Part shown: one piece after another, positions 28,901 through 40,671 of the stretch | Position numbering within the stretch: position 1 is the first letter of the stretch | Layout: each line of letters opens with the position of its first letter | Source: Ionaspis alba | Taxonomy: Eukaryota | Assembly: GCA_964255285.1 (NCBI GenBank) | Contig: CAXUUL010000012.1 | Span: 1 to 64,000 of the forward strand | Reading direction: 5' to 3' | Length of the DNA stretch: 64,000 bases | Position numbers and translations under genes: made by a program | The notes under the pieces: model-generated | Seen by the model: the letters and a program-made list of their open reading frames with translations, nothing else | What the model was told of the DNA's origin: nothing | Database searches by the model: none

Positions 28901-30087
28901 ATCACGTATCACTGAGCTTTAATTGACACTTCCAGTATTCCGATTGTCATTACCTTGCTACCCTTATGGACGCCTTAGCGGAAACCATAGCTACGTCGCC
29001 GCCGCCGACTGACGACACCTTCGACGCTGACTTTGCAGCTACCTCTGAAGAGCAGCACCTCTTCACCACTAGCCTCGAAGAGATCGACCGCTATCGCCGC
29101 ATCGACGAATGGATCCCCTCCTACCACAATATCCTCTCAATCACCGCCCTCAAGAACCAATCTCTGCTAGCAGAAGCTGGCTGCATCCCTCTGAACCCTG
29201 CCCACTACCTCCAATACACTCAACCCGGCACGTTCGATATCCTGCGTGTAATTGCCTTTTCCTGCCTCATGGATCTCGGCCAGCACAAAACACCTCAAAT
29301 TCTATCCTGGTTTCTCTACGCTCTGGGATACGATCCATCCCCTTACATCCGCAGCAACCTCCTCCGCCTCTTCGGACGCACCCTCGGTGCAATCGCCATC
29401 GGCGAAATTCATGCCCCGACTCCCGCCTCTTTGATCGCTCATCAACAGAACGGCCTCATCATCGAACAAGATTCCACAACTTCCGCGCGACAAGCCGACC
29501 TTGCCCGCAAACAAACCATCCCCGGTGCACTAGCTGCTCTCAAAACTGAGCTCAGCGGCAATATGCCTCTCAAAAAAGCCCTCTGGTCCGCAATCGAATC
29601 TCCCCTCCTCACCCTCCACGAACTGCACGAACTCCTCGAGATATGTTCCCTCCTCTACACCCCCGAAACGCGCATGCTACTTACACTGCGATATCCCCGG
29701 TACTGGCGCTGCATAAACAACGGCCGTGTCAGCGTCCCAGGACAGCCACCTAGACATATCGTCACGTTCAAACAGACGGAGCGGATACGCACAAAGCCGA
29801 TTCCGAAGATCAAACTCCCAGTTCCTGTGAAAGAGCAACCACCGGGGCTGAAGAAACAGGCGAACTCAGGGCCGGTAGCGCCACCTGTGAGGACGTTGTT
29901 GAAGCCACCGAAACCTCCACCAGGGCATAAAAATGCGTCTGGGCAGATTCAGACACCTACTGGGGCTGCGACGGGACAGGTCTTGGCCACGCCAGGAACG
30001 CAGGTGCAGGGTGAGGTGAAACCGAAGTTAACTATTAAGCTTAATCTGAAAAAGGGAGGTGCTGGTGGGAGCTCGGGGACACAGTGA
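25986..30087 (+). CDS. TAF2: TFIID subunit 2 (aminopeptidase-like fold); multi-exon
   Basis: VSHQKVHLDI, APQHIGFAIGPF, GPMTIRIHEADGTPYEH, WIRMDADFEWI, QLQQDRDVVAQ and YNDNSNN motifs. Confidence 0.95.
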
Positions 30088-30439
30088 CAGGAGTATCGAT
30101 TCGGCATAGTTCTGAGGCGGGAGCATGGCTGGCGTGGGAAAAGCATCCGAGAGATTGGATCTCACAGAACAGGAAACATTAACAGCATTCCGTGTTTTAG
30201 GTTTGCACAGTAAAGATTCAACTCGCCAGTGAAACTCTGCTACTCAGTTAAGTAGGCTGTTCTTTACCGATATTCGAGCTCTGATCCATCATCTAATTCC
30301 TTCTACTTTTTTCACAATGCCCACCCGGCTTATCCATCCTCCCCAGACGTACTGATATACAACTACGATGTGTAGCCTCTAATCCCCGTAAACACTTTTC
30401 TGCCCCACAAGACTTCCACTCGGCCTATGTATTCATAAC

Positions 30440-33400
30440 CTACTCCAATTTCAACAACTCGAACTGCTCCATACTAGCCGCCAACTCCGCCCCCTCCGCC
30501 TCCGCATCCCTCAACTTCCTCCTCTCAACCTCCTTCAGCTCTTCCTTAACCTTAGCCTGGAAGCCTTCTTCGCCCAAGATCGCTTTCTGCCTCTTGATAA
30601 CCTCATTCGCTCTCTCCAGCTTCTTCCTCGCCTTTTCAATCTCCTGTTCGATATCGACTCTCCCCTTGACGAGCAAGAAAACAGTCGCTTCAGCGGAAAC
30701 AGCGAACGGGACACAGCCTTTAGGTCTTTTGTCGTCGGGGCCGAGAATGGAGATGTCCGCGACGCCTTTGCCTGAAAGGGAGCGGATGGCAGGGAGTTCG
30801 TCGGTAGCCGTTTGGAGGGCGGTTGGTGTGGTGAGCTGTAGGGTTATCGTACCAGCGTCTTTGATGGCGTACTCAGCCATCAAGCTTCTTATGCCTCTGG
30901 ACAGGGCGAGCACAAGTTCGTAAGCTTCCTCCGAGGCGGGGTCTGCTAAAGAGGAATCGTAAGTGGGATATTTGGCGATTGTGATAGATGGTGTCTTGTC
31001 GTCAGGCCGGCGAGGGAGACGCTGCCAGAGTTCTTCGGAGATGAATGGCATGAAGGGGTGGATCATGGTAAGACCGCCCTCGAGAGCAGTGTACAGAGTG
31101 TCTTTTGCCGAGAGTTGTTCCTGGGTAGTCCCGGATTGGATGATAGATTTTGAGTTTTCGATATAGACATCACAAAGATGGGTATACCAATACTGGTATG
31201 CAATGGAAGTAGCCTCGGAGAATTCTCGGGCGGTCAGAGCGGCATTGATGTCCTTGGCGGCAGTCGTAAATTTGTGGAGAATCCAGCGCTCGGCGAGAGA
31301 TCTCCCTGCAGTGTTCGAAGCCGTAGCTAGAGGAGTGAACGAATCATCGAGCTTCCCGAGGACGTACTTCGTGGCTTGGTAAACCTTGTTACAGAAGCGA
31401 CGATAGCCGTGCATCACACGGATGTCGAAATTGATATCACCACCTGAAGCGTGTTAGCTGCGGTAGAATGAATCGAGCTTCGTTAGAAGAGCTCACCTCC
31501 GGTATTGTACGAGATCAACGAGAACCTCAAGGCATCTGCACCACACTCCGGAATACCATCCGGGAATGCAGTCTTCTGGAACTTTGTCGCCCGCTCAATC
31601 TCTTTAGGATCTAGATTGCCAACCTTGAGCTTCTCATGCAGCGACGACAAATCAATACCCTCCATGACGTCTAATGGGTCAATGACATTCCCCAACGACT
31701 TCGACATTTTTCTCCCTTCAGAATCCCTGACCAAAAAATGGCAGTAAACCTCCCGGAAAGGAACCTGACCTGTCATCTTGATGCCCATCATGATCATCCG
31801 AGCCACCCAGAAAAACAAGATATCCCAGCCAGTCTCGAGAACGGAAGTTGGATAAAGCGTGTCGAAATCATGCGTCTTGTTAGGCCATCCAAGCGTCGAG
31901 TACGGCCACTGACCGGAGGAAAACCACGTATCCAAGACATCCGGATCTCTTCTCAGGGTAAACTTCTTGCCCGAAAACTTATTCTTTGCCTTTTCTTCAG
32001 CTTCTGCCTCGGTTCGACCAGTCACCCATCTTTCGCCTTCGCTATCATCAGCAGGCTCTCCTTCGATCTCGACGAAGTAAGCCGGTGCCTGATGTCCCCA
32101 CCACAGCTGTCTCGACAAACACCAATCATTGATGCCCTCGAGCCATCTAAAATAGCTCTTCTCAGCTGTCTCAGGCCTAATCTTAATTTGACCATCTTTT
32201 ACCACTTTAATCGCCTCGTCTGCCATCTCTTGCATCCTCATCCACCATTGCGGCTTCATGAGAGGTTCGATAACATCTTTTGATTTATCGCACATTGGTA
32301 CCTTCATAGCATTGTTCTCCCACTTGACATACAGTCCTTTCTCTTTAAGTGCAGCAACGACTTTGTAGCGTGCGTCGAACCGCTTCATGCCCACAAAGTC
32401 GCCAGTGTTGTGATTCATCGTGCCATCGTCGTTCAAAATATTGATGAATTCAAGAGAGTGCCTTTGACCGATTGCGAAATCGTTGGGATCGTGCGCGGGC
32501 GTGATTTTGACTGCACCTGTACCAAATTCCATATCAACGTAGTCGTCAGTGAAGATTGGCATCAACCGGTCCACGAACGGATGTTGAGCTTTTTTGCCAA
32601 CAAGATGCTTGTATCTCTCGTCTTTGGGATTGACAGCAATACCAGTGTCTCCAAGCATAGTCTCAGGTCTGGTAGTTGCTACTTCGATCTTTTCGTTCGA
32701 TCCATCAATCTCGTACTGGAAATGGGTGATGACGCCAAACTCCACTTTTCGATCATATCCCGGGACGTCTAGTAGCGTCCGCCCTTCAAGCTCTTTGTTG
32801 ACGACCTCCAGATTGGATAGTGAGGTATTCAGCTTCACGCACCAATTGACGAGTCGATTGGCGCGGTAAATTACACCCTCGTCGTGGAGCTTGACGAAAG
32901 TCTCTGTGACAGCCGCGGAGAGGTTCTTATCCATTGTGAAAGCTTCCCTCGTCCAGTCGAATGACCCGCCCATCCTGCGTAGAACGCTGTTGATCTTCCC
33001 GTGATTCTCCTCCTTCCAGACCCATATTGTCTCAACCATCTTGCTTCTCCCGAGATCATGCCTCGTCTTCCTTTGCCGTCTCCATAGCATATTCTCCACA
33101 ACGCTCTGAGTTGATATGCCAGCATGGTCGCAGCCCGGAAGCCACAACGTTGTCTTCCCTTGCATTCGATTCCACCGTATCAGCGTGTCTTGTAGTGCAT
33201 TCGTGAGGGCATGACCAAGATGCAGAGCACCTGTGACGTTTGGGGGTGGTTCGGCCATTGAGAAATATCCCTCCTCCTTGACAGTGCCATTCGGACGGAA
33301 TTCCGGCTTGAAAAAGCCCTGTTCTTCCCACCAAGCATACCATCCTGATTCGACCACTTTCGGGATATAGGCTTTGAGGTAAGGATCGTCGAGAGGTTTC

Positions 33401-33967
33401 AGTACTTTGGATGTTAGTTAGTGGCCGGTCACATGCTTCCGTAGCAACACGTACCCTTCTTCTGTCCTGCAGGAGTCTCCTCAACATATTCTGGAAGTGC
33501 TTCTTCTTTAGCCGACTCTGCCTTAGCCTTCTTCTCTTTCGTTTTTGACGTGGTCGGGCCCGTGGATGAGTTTGTAGATTTGGCCGCATGTTTCTCGGCG
33601 AATTTCTTGGCCTTCTCTGCCTTCTTCCGCTCTTTCTCGACTACAGCATACAGTCAGATATTGTTGTATGATTGAATTGCTAGTAATACACATCGTATAG
33701 CTAGGCAGGATCCGTACGCTCTTTCTCGCTCTTCACCTTCTTCCCCTCGTCCTTGTCTCCGCCATCCTGCCCGCCAACATGCTGTCCCAGCGGATCAGCT
33801 TCCGAGGCGCCCATCAATTTCTCCGTAATGTCTGAAGTCGGGGCCGGGGGTGGTCCAGTAACTGGGCCAGTCTTTTCCCCAGCTAGTAGACGTTGATGTT
33901 AGTATCTGACATGGGACAAGGCTCTTTTCAACCTACTCGGGTTGTGCGAGGCCGCGTTGAGAGCCAT
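30440..33967 (-). CDS. VAS1: Valyl-tRNA synthetase; multi-exon
   Basis: [13 protein letters not shown] (HIGH), [31 protein letters not shown] and KMSKS motifs. First ATG at 33967 ([10 protein letters not shown]). Confidence 0.97.
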
Positions 33968-35017
33968 ATGAGCGTGTCGTGATACCTGGAATGCCCGTCG
34001 CGGGACTGCGCGTAACAGATACGCCCTAGACAGTATTTTGAGAGCGCCCCTCTGTAGTGGGGTGACAGCCTCAACGATGCTCTGCTCAGTGGTTGTTCAG
34101 CTATCAATGAAGTGTGTATATAGTTGCTAAGATAAGTAGTGTAAGTCCTAATGTTCTCATACTTCGTCCGAGGATGACTCACCAGAACCAGTAAGAGTAC
34201 TGATATGACAGTCGAAGTGGACCGTTGAGAATGACGCAGAAGCTGAAGATCTACGCTTCTCGAATGCTCGTAACAGAGGACGAAGAAGGCAGACAGATTC
34301 CCGTTACTTTCCAGATCTAACAGTAAGCCAGGGATAGCTTGGAGAGAGTATTGGACGTGTGGCAGGGAATAGAGATATATCGTGCGAGCTCTGACCCGCG
34401 CATTATCGTTCTCATGGACAAGGCAGGGATCAAGTAGTAGCCAATCTACGCTAAGCTTTGGGACATCGGTGCCATAGACTGACAACGCCATCGGTTGCCC
34501 GCGATCCTCGCTAAAGCATAGAACTGATAAGGGCTCCCTGGAGGGAGAAGGAATTTACAAATAAAAATAAAAGTTTGAACGGGGCAGGGTTGATAACACT
34601 AATTGCTGAGTCGTGTCATAATACGAAGACAACCGCGTGAGATTCAACTACATAAATTCTGCAATAATACTTGGCCACTGGGACAGTGCAAGATAGTGGG
34701 AATATCATAAGAGTAGTTGCATTTGCTGTTCTATGGACTTCCTACACACATTATTCCATGCAACAAAGCCATCTGCTATCTTCCCATACCCAAGCCTTTC
34801 CATCTCGTCATGCTTGCACGCTGCGTAAACGTCATCCTTAGCCTGTATTGGAGGGTGTGTAGTCAAGTGGTATCCTGTGAACGATATATAAGACCATAGG
34901 AGATGAGATAAGAATCATCGGTGGAAGCTTAGTCGAGTGTTTCCCCCACCAGAGGATGTGATTTCTGGGTTGCGACGGTGCCATCTTTGTCAAGGAGAGA
35001 CGGCCATTGACTCGTAT

Positions 35018-36251
35018 CTAGGTGTGGAAGCTCGTTCCAGTTTGGCCAGCGGTCTCTTTCCGTACTGGACTGAAGTAAGCATGCGCCATAGCTTCTTTCG
35101 CCGTCAAACGCTCCTAGGCCACTGTTAGCAATCTGCGGGTATCCATAGTTCGTCCGAGATCCTCATACCTGATGATCGTAGCGTAGCAATTTATCAAGGA
35201 AATCAATCGCGTCGTTACTGACGAATCTTTGGTTCTCCGTGTTCACAAATCCATGCCAGTTCTTCTTCGGAAATCTCCCCAATATGTCGTCATACTGAGC
35301 ATCAAGCTCGATATCATACTTGTCAAGATATTCGAAGAGGTCATCAGTCCCAAGTACTTTGGCAATCTTGACGAGCTGGTCTGAATTGCTATTGCCATGG
35401 AAGAAGGGCTCTTTTCGGAAGATCATTGAGGCGAACATCGCACCGAGTGACCACATATCCAGAGAGTAGTCGTATTCTTGGAAGTCCACCAGTAACTCGG
35501 GACCCTTGAAGTATCTTGATGCGACCCTGACATTGTACTCGGTCCCTTGGTGATAGAATTCAGCAAGACCCCAGTCAATTAACCGCAACTGAAAACTGTT
35601 AGCAATCAAGTTTTCTCCTCAAGTATCTAGATCCTGACCTTTCTCTTCTCGTGATCTATCATCACATTATGGGGCTTTACATCCCTATGCATAATGCCCT
35701 TGCTGTGGCAGAAGTCTAGAGCCTAAAGTGGATGCATCAGTATCCTCATTTTCGCAATTTCTCGAGACATTCATACCTTGAGAAGCTCGTAGATATAGAA
35801 TCTCACATCGTAATCGACGAATTTCGGGTACAGACTCCGAAAGTCGGTGTTGTTGACGTACTCGAATATCAAGGACGGTGTCTTGCTCTGGCTATCCCGC
35901 ACCACATCTAACAGCGCAACCACGTTTGGCCCACCCGAGAGGTTCTGCAGAATCTTGATTTCTCGCTTTATCTTCTTCTTCTTTACAGGTTTGAGAACTT
36001 TGATGACGCATTTCTGGTAGTTAACGATGTTGATGCCTTCGAAGACCTCCGAGTACTTGCCCCGTCCTGGAGGATTTTGTTAGTGTGAGCAAGATATATT
36101 TGATCGCGCCCTGTGCACACTGTTTCTGAGACTTACCTATCTTCCGCACAACTTCATAGTTCTCGAGCACGCCCCAGGTGATGTTGACGCTATCATAGTC
36201 CCAATAGGCCCTAGGCATCTGCTGGTTGACATCGGCATACACCCGAGCCAT
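35018..36251 (-). CDS. CKA1: Casein kinase II alpha subunit; multi-exon
   Basis: [61 protein letters not shown]; last exon [14 protein letters not shown]. Confidence 0.97.
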
Positions 36252-36638
36252 GCTGTCGATAGCCTCGACAGGCTTTCGTTTGCCTTTGTTGGCGCGCACA
36301 AGTTACAGTATAATAGTATAGCTGTGTCTGATCACGTAGATACGACCGTCACAGTAGATTAAGACTAGTTGAAGTCAGGCCGAATAGCTGATTGGGCAGG
36401 GCAAGCTTTGTAGCGTTAAAGGCAAGAGTGAACCAAAACTATCGCACCGGGTACGTTCACGACGCTTGGACCACGTTCGCCTAGCGTCAGCCACGCGAAC
36501 CACGATCGACGCTGATTGCAGAAGCGTTGGAGCTTCTACTAGCGTGAACAACGATAATAATGCTTGTCTGATAACAAAAAGACACTACTGGTAAGTCGAT
36601 AGTCGTGTAGTTGGAGCGGACACGGAGGAAGGAGAAGG

Positions 36639-37723
36639 ATGTTTTACGACCTCAACGTCCCATGGACATCTAATCACATTGAGCTGCAGCGAACACTGTC
36701 ATTTCTGTCGGAGTGTATGTCACCTTTCAATGTGCACTCCCATAACCGCTGACACGCTTCAGTGGACTACAATGTGGTCGCATTGAGCAATTCGATCACC
36801 GGCAGACTTCCTGCCGACCTTGTGAGCTCCCCAAGTCTTCAATTATCACCACCCGTATTAACCAAATACCCTAGACGAGCCCAATCACGCTCCCTCTGCC
36901 GTTCACAGCTCCACCGAAGCTTCACATCCTCACGCGCCTTACACTCTATCTCTCTGACCCTTCTCAGAACCACCGTCTCTCGGCCCTCGCAGCCAACTAC
37001 TCAATCCTCGCTCTCCGCCCTACGACGGAGAAAGCACTGCTGCTCGCCTGCCAGTCACCCGACTGTGACATCATATCCCTCGACCTGTCCCAACGCTTTC
37101 CATTTCATTTCAAGTACAAGACTCTATCCTCTGCTCTCGCGCGAGGCGCCAAAATCGAAATCTGCTATGCCGCTGGTGTTGGTAACGCAGATGGTGGAAC
37201 GAGCAGGAGAAACCTCATTAGCAATGCCACAAGTCTGATTCGGGCAACCAGGGGCCGAGGAATTATAATATCTAGTGAGGCAAAGAGAGCAATCCTCTGC
37301 CGAGGTCCTTGGGATGTTGTAAATCTAGGAGTTGTCTGGGGTCTGCCGCAAGAGCGCGGTCGAGAAGCGGTTGGTAGAGAGGCTAGGGCTGTGGTCGTAC
37401 AGGCGGAGATGAAGAGAAGAAGCTTTCGAGGGGTCGTGGATGTGATCTATGGCGGGGAAAAACCTGTGTTGCCGGAAAAAGCAGATGCAAAGGAAGAGAA
37501 GTCTGCGGTAGCAATGAAAGGTAAGAGAAAGGCGGATGCGATGGAGAATGGCCGAGGAGAGAAGGTAAAGGTCGAGGAAGAACAGCCTATCTCAAAGAGA
37601 GAGATGAAGAGACGAGCAAAAAGGGCCAGGCTCGAAGCACAAGAGGGCACGGCTACAGATGGGCAGCAGACCAAAGCTTCGTCCGAAGCCGCGAAAGACG
37701 TAACATTACCTGTTTTGCCTTGA
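36639..37723 (+). CDS. RPP1: RNase P/MRP subunit p30; two 5' introns
   Basis: MFYDLNVPW start, ILALRPTTEK, RRNLISNATSLIRATRGRGIIISSEAK and RGPWDVVNL motifs. Confidence 0.9.
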
Positions 37724-38371
37724 AGATCATCACTACCGTTTTGACTGAGTTCGTCGGTCAATCTGTCCACGGAGCAGCGCCTTTACTATCGGCGTAATGA
37801 GCACATCACGCTCTGCAGCTTAAAGCATCCTGTATGATACGCTGCTTTCCAAAACCGGAGCAGCAGCGAGCAAGGTAGAGTATAGGGGACGCAGCTAGCA
37901 GGACGAAACGCTTTGAGTGTGACACAGGTTGCGTCCCCCCTATCTCTAGTGCGAGTCATCGGTCTAGCAATGGTGCTGTGGAAAACTGTGTGACAATCGT
38001 CAGGCCACTGCAAGACGGTCAATCAAAAACCGATGAGACCATATGTTGGGTAGCGGGAAGAGGAAAATTGGTGGACCTCTTGGAGAGATGGCTAGTATAG
38101 CTATGTACATCTCGAATGCTCAAAACAACGAACACCAGCCAACTCCATGTTCCATTTCGGAATGCGCCTAGAGACATCGCTCAAAGAACCATTTGTCCAA
38201 CGAAATCGTGGATTCTATTACAAGTGATTATTTTCCTCCAGAACAGTATCTCGAGTCTCAAGGTCATCTTCCCGCTTGTAATTGGCTCAGTGCCAGCTGA
38301 ACCTTTACGTCCACTTCAAACCTTCCTTGCATCCATGGCTTGCGTGTGGGGACAGCTTCACCGGATGTCTC

Positions 38372-39198
38372 CTAAGACCCTCCGTTATAATCAAATGGCA
38401 CAGTAACAGCACTATGGAGCGAGAAAGTCCTAATGTCGAAAGGGGCATTGGGAGGAGGAGGTGTCGGCGCTGGCGGCTTCGAATCAGGTAACCCAGACGG
38501 CAAAGCAGACGATGAGATTGGTGTTGCGACATTTGGAGCAGGGGGTGGAGGCGGAGGTGAAGGCGGTAGGGGTGGAGGTGGTGTCGCGATCGATGTTGAG
38601 GAAGTTGTGCTGGAAGTAGACCTGGACGCCATCGCTACCGCCATGGTCAAACTGGCAGCCGTTGGAGGCGACGTTACACTCGCGGAGGAGGTCGCGGAGC
38701 TCATTTCGGTAGAATTCGGTGGGGGAGACGAGCTTTGCAATGGCACCACAGTCTGAGTTGGTATGGTTGTTGTGCTGCTTGCTGAAGGCATGTACAAGAT
38801 TGAGAACGAAGCCATTGGGCATTGACACATGCAAGGACCATCGCCTGCCACGGAGCCTGCGACGAAAGGGACCGCTGTTTGAGTGCTGTTATCCGGACTC
38901 GGTAAGAGGATCATAGACGGATCTGCAGCTTGAGGAGGTGGTGGACCTGGGGGGAGAGGCTGCTCGCTGTTAGCAAAGGTTATGGTGTGCTATGTGATCG
39001 GAATAATTGCCATTGATGGGTCGGTCATCGGGGTGCTTTTGTATGTCAGCAATTGCTTTCGTCACAAGGAAGATGGACTTACCCTCTCCCCAGAAGCTCC
39101 CTATGTGGTTTTGAATCTGCCACGACGGCGGCATGGCATGAAAAGAAGAGAAGGGAAATATAGAGCCATAGGCTATTCTGACGATCAAAGCATCGCAT
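38372..39198 (-). CDS. Predicted secreted Pro/Ser/Thr-rich orphan protein; 3 exons
   Basis: Signal-like MRCFDRQNSLWLYISLLFFSCHAAVVA, a GT-AG intron, then a 51-nt GC-AG intron (38960-39010) joining in frame to the 180-aa ORF with CMCQC and poly-Pro tracts. Confidence 0.65.
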
Positions 39199-40671
39199 GG
39201 TAGTGAGAGAGATCATTGATTTGGCCGGCAATGGGGCTGCAGAAAAGGTACGGCAGAAATCGTGGTCTTAGTCTCTGGACGTCCCGAGCGGGTATATGGG
39301 GCGGATCACGCAGCTGGGACGCATGCAGTCTCGTAGAAATTATTGAAAGAGATTGGAGATGGAATATATTCATGTGACAGTATGGAGCATTAGCAGAGAA
39401 GTCGCAAGCTATTCTCGAACTCAAAGTGAAGTAGTTGAGCCAGACACGCTCCTGGAGGTAAAGAAGACATTCTGGTATCAGAAGAGATCATCTTGAAGCC
39501 GTTAGAAGCATTGCAGCCGTTGATCTAGGCTGACATGATCTGCATGAATTTCAGAAAGATCAGACGCCTCATGTTTCATCAGGGCCGAGCGTCAGCAATG
39601 CATCACGTGTACCATATGATCACGGCTATGGGCCGCTACCTTGCAAATGTATTGCATGATCATGTTAAGGTTACCAGTCGACCATGTTGCTGCAACGGTC
39701 GTACTCGCACAGTTGAAATGGAGACCATAGAAGAACCCTTGCAACTCCATGTTGCGCTTGCAACGCGCTTGAAGTGCTTGCCGATGACCCTTAAGCTGAC
39801 TTACGCTTGCCTTCGTGACCCTTGTAGAGGAGCGGATTAATACTGATCCGTAAAACCTTGCCAGAGGGGCTTGAGTCCATAAATTGCGAATCTGCTTAGG
39901 TCGGTTTTTATGTATTTACGATTACAACGCAACGACCAGTGTATATATTGTTGATTCGATTTCGCTGAGAGCGAGATTTGTGGTCATTCGACAGACTTAC
40001 GGAATCATTTGACAATTAAAACATGAGTAATATTGTTTACAAAACCTCGACGTAAATTGACTGGGTTGTAACCCTCAAAAATACGCAAAAGTGTATATAT
40101 GGGAATCCCCGCCTGGCTATGTTAAATTTGCCCAGACCCTCTGGGAGGGTTTACGGCCTTGACCGGGGTCTGAATTTCTGAGGCAAACTTATCAAGGCCA
40201 AAACATTGCTGTCCAATCGCTGTTGGACAAGAAGCTCCCACCAGCCAACAAATTCAGGCTGTTTGAGCAAAACAGAGTCGATCGCGTTCACTGAAGAAGG
40301 TTATGATTCTCACTTCTCAGTCACCATGATGGTCCAGAAATGTAAAAGGTCGCTTTTGATCATCCGCAGGAATTGCTTGTTCACCGGCTGGCGGTTGACT
40401 AGGCGGGCCTCAGTCAAAAGAATGCCAAATTCTGCCACCCGCGTGCCCGATTAGCATTTTCTTTATTTATGTGACACGCTCTTTATCCATGTGGATAGTG
40501 CATCACGATTCCGGCATCTATGCTCGTCTCCGGAATGCAATGTGCTGGGGGAATGCCAAAAAGGGGGCCGTTTGCAACAAAGAAACACAACGAAGCAGAA
40601 ATGCACTTCTCCGCGAGACAATCTCCTCCCTATCCACATCAACAAAATATTCTTGATTCAACTTCCATATC

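Noticed and set aside
33928..34491. 187-aa minus-strand ORF overlapping the ValRS start
   Set aside because: Composition is not protein-like, and it lies in a different frame from ValRS across its promoter.
40120..40190. Short inverted repeats upstream of the NTPase-nuclease gene as possible transposon ends
   Set aside because: I found no matching terminus or target-site duplication downstream of the gene.
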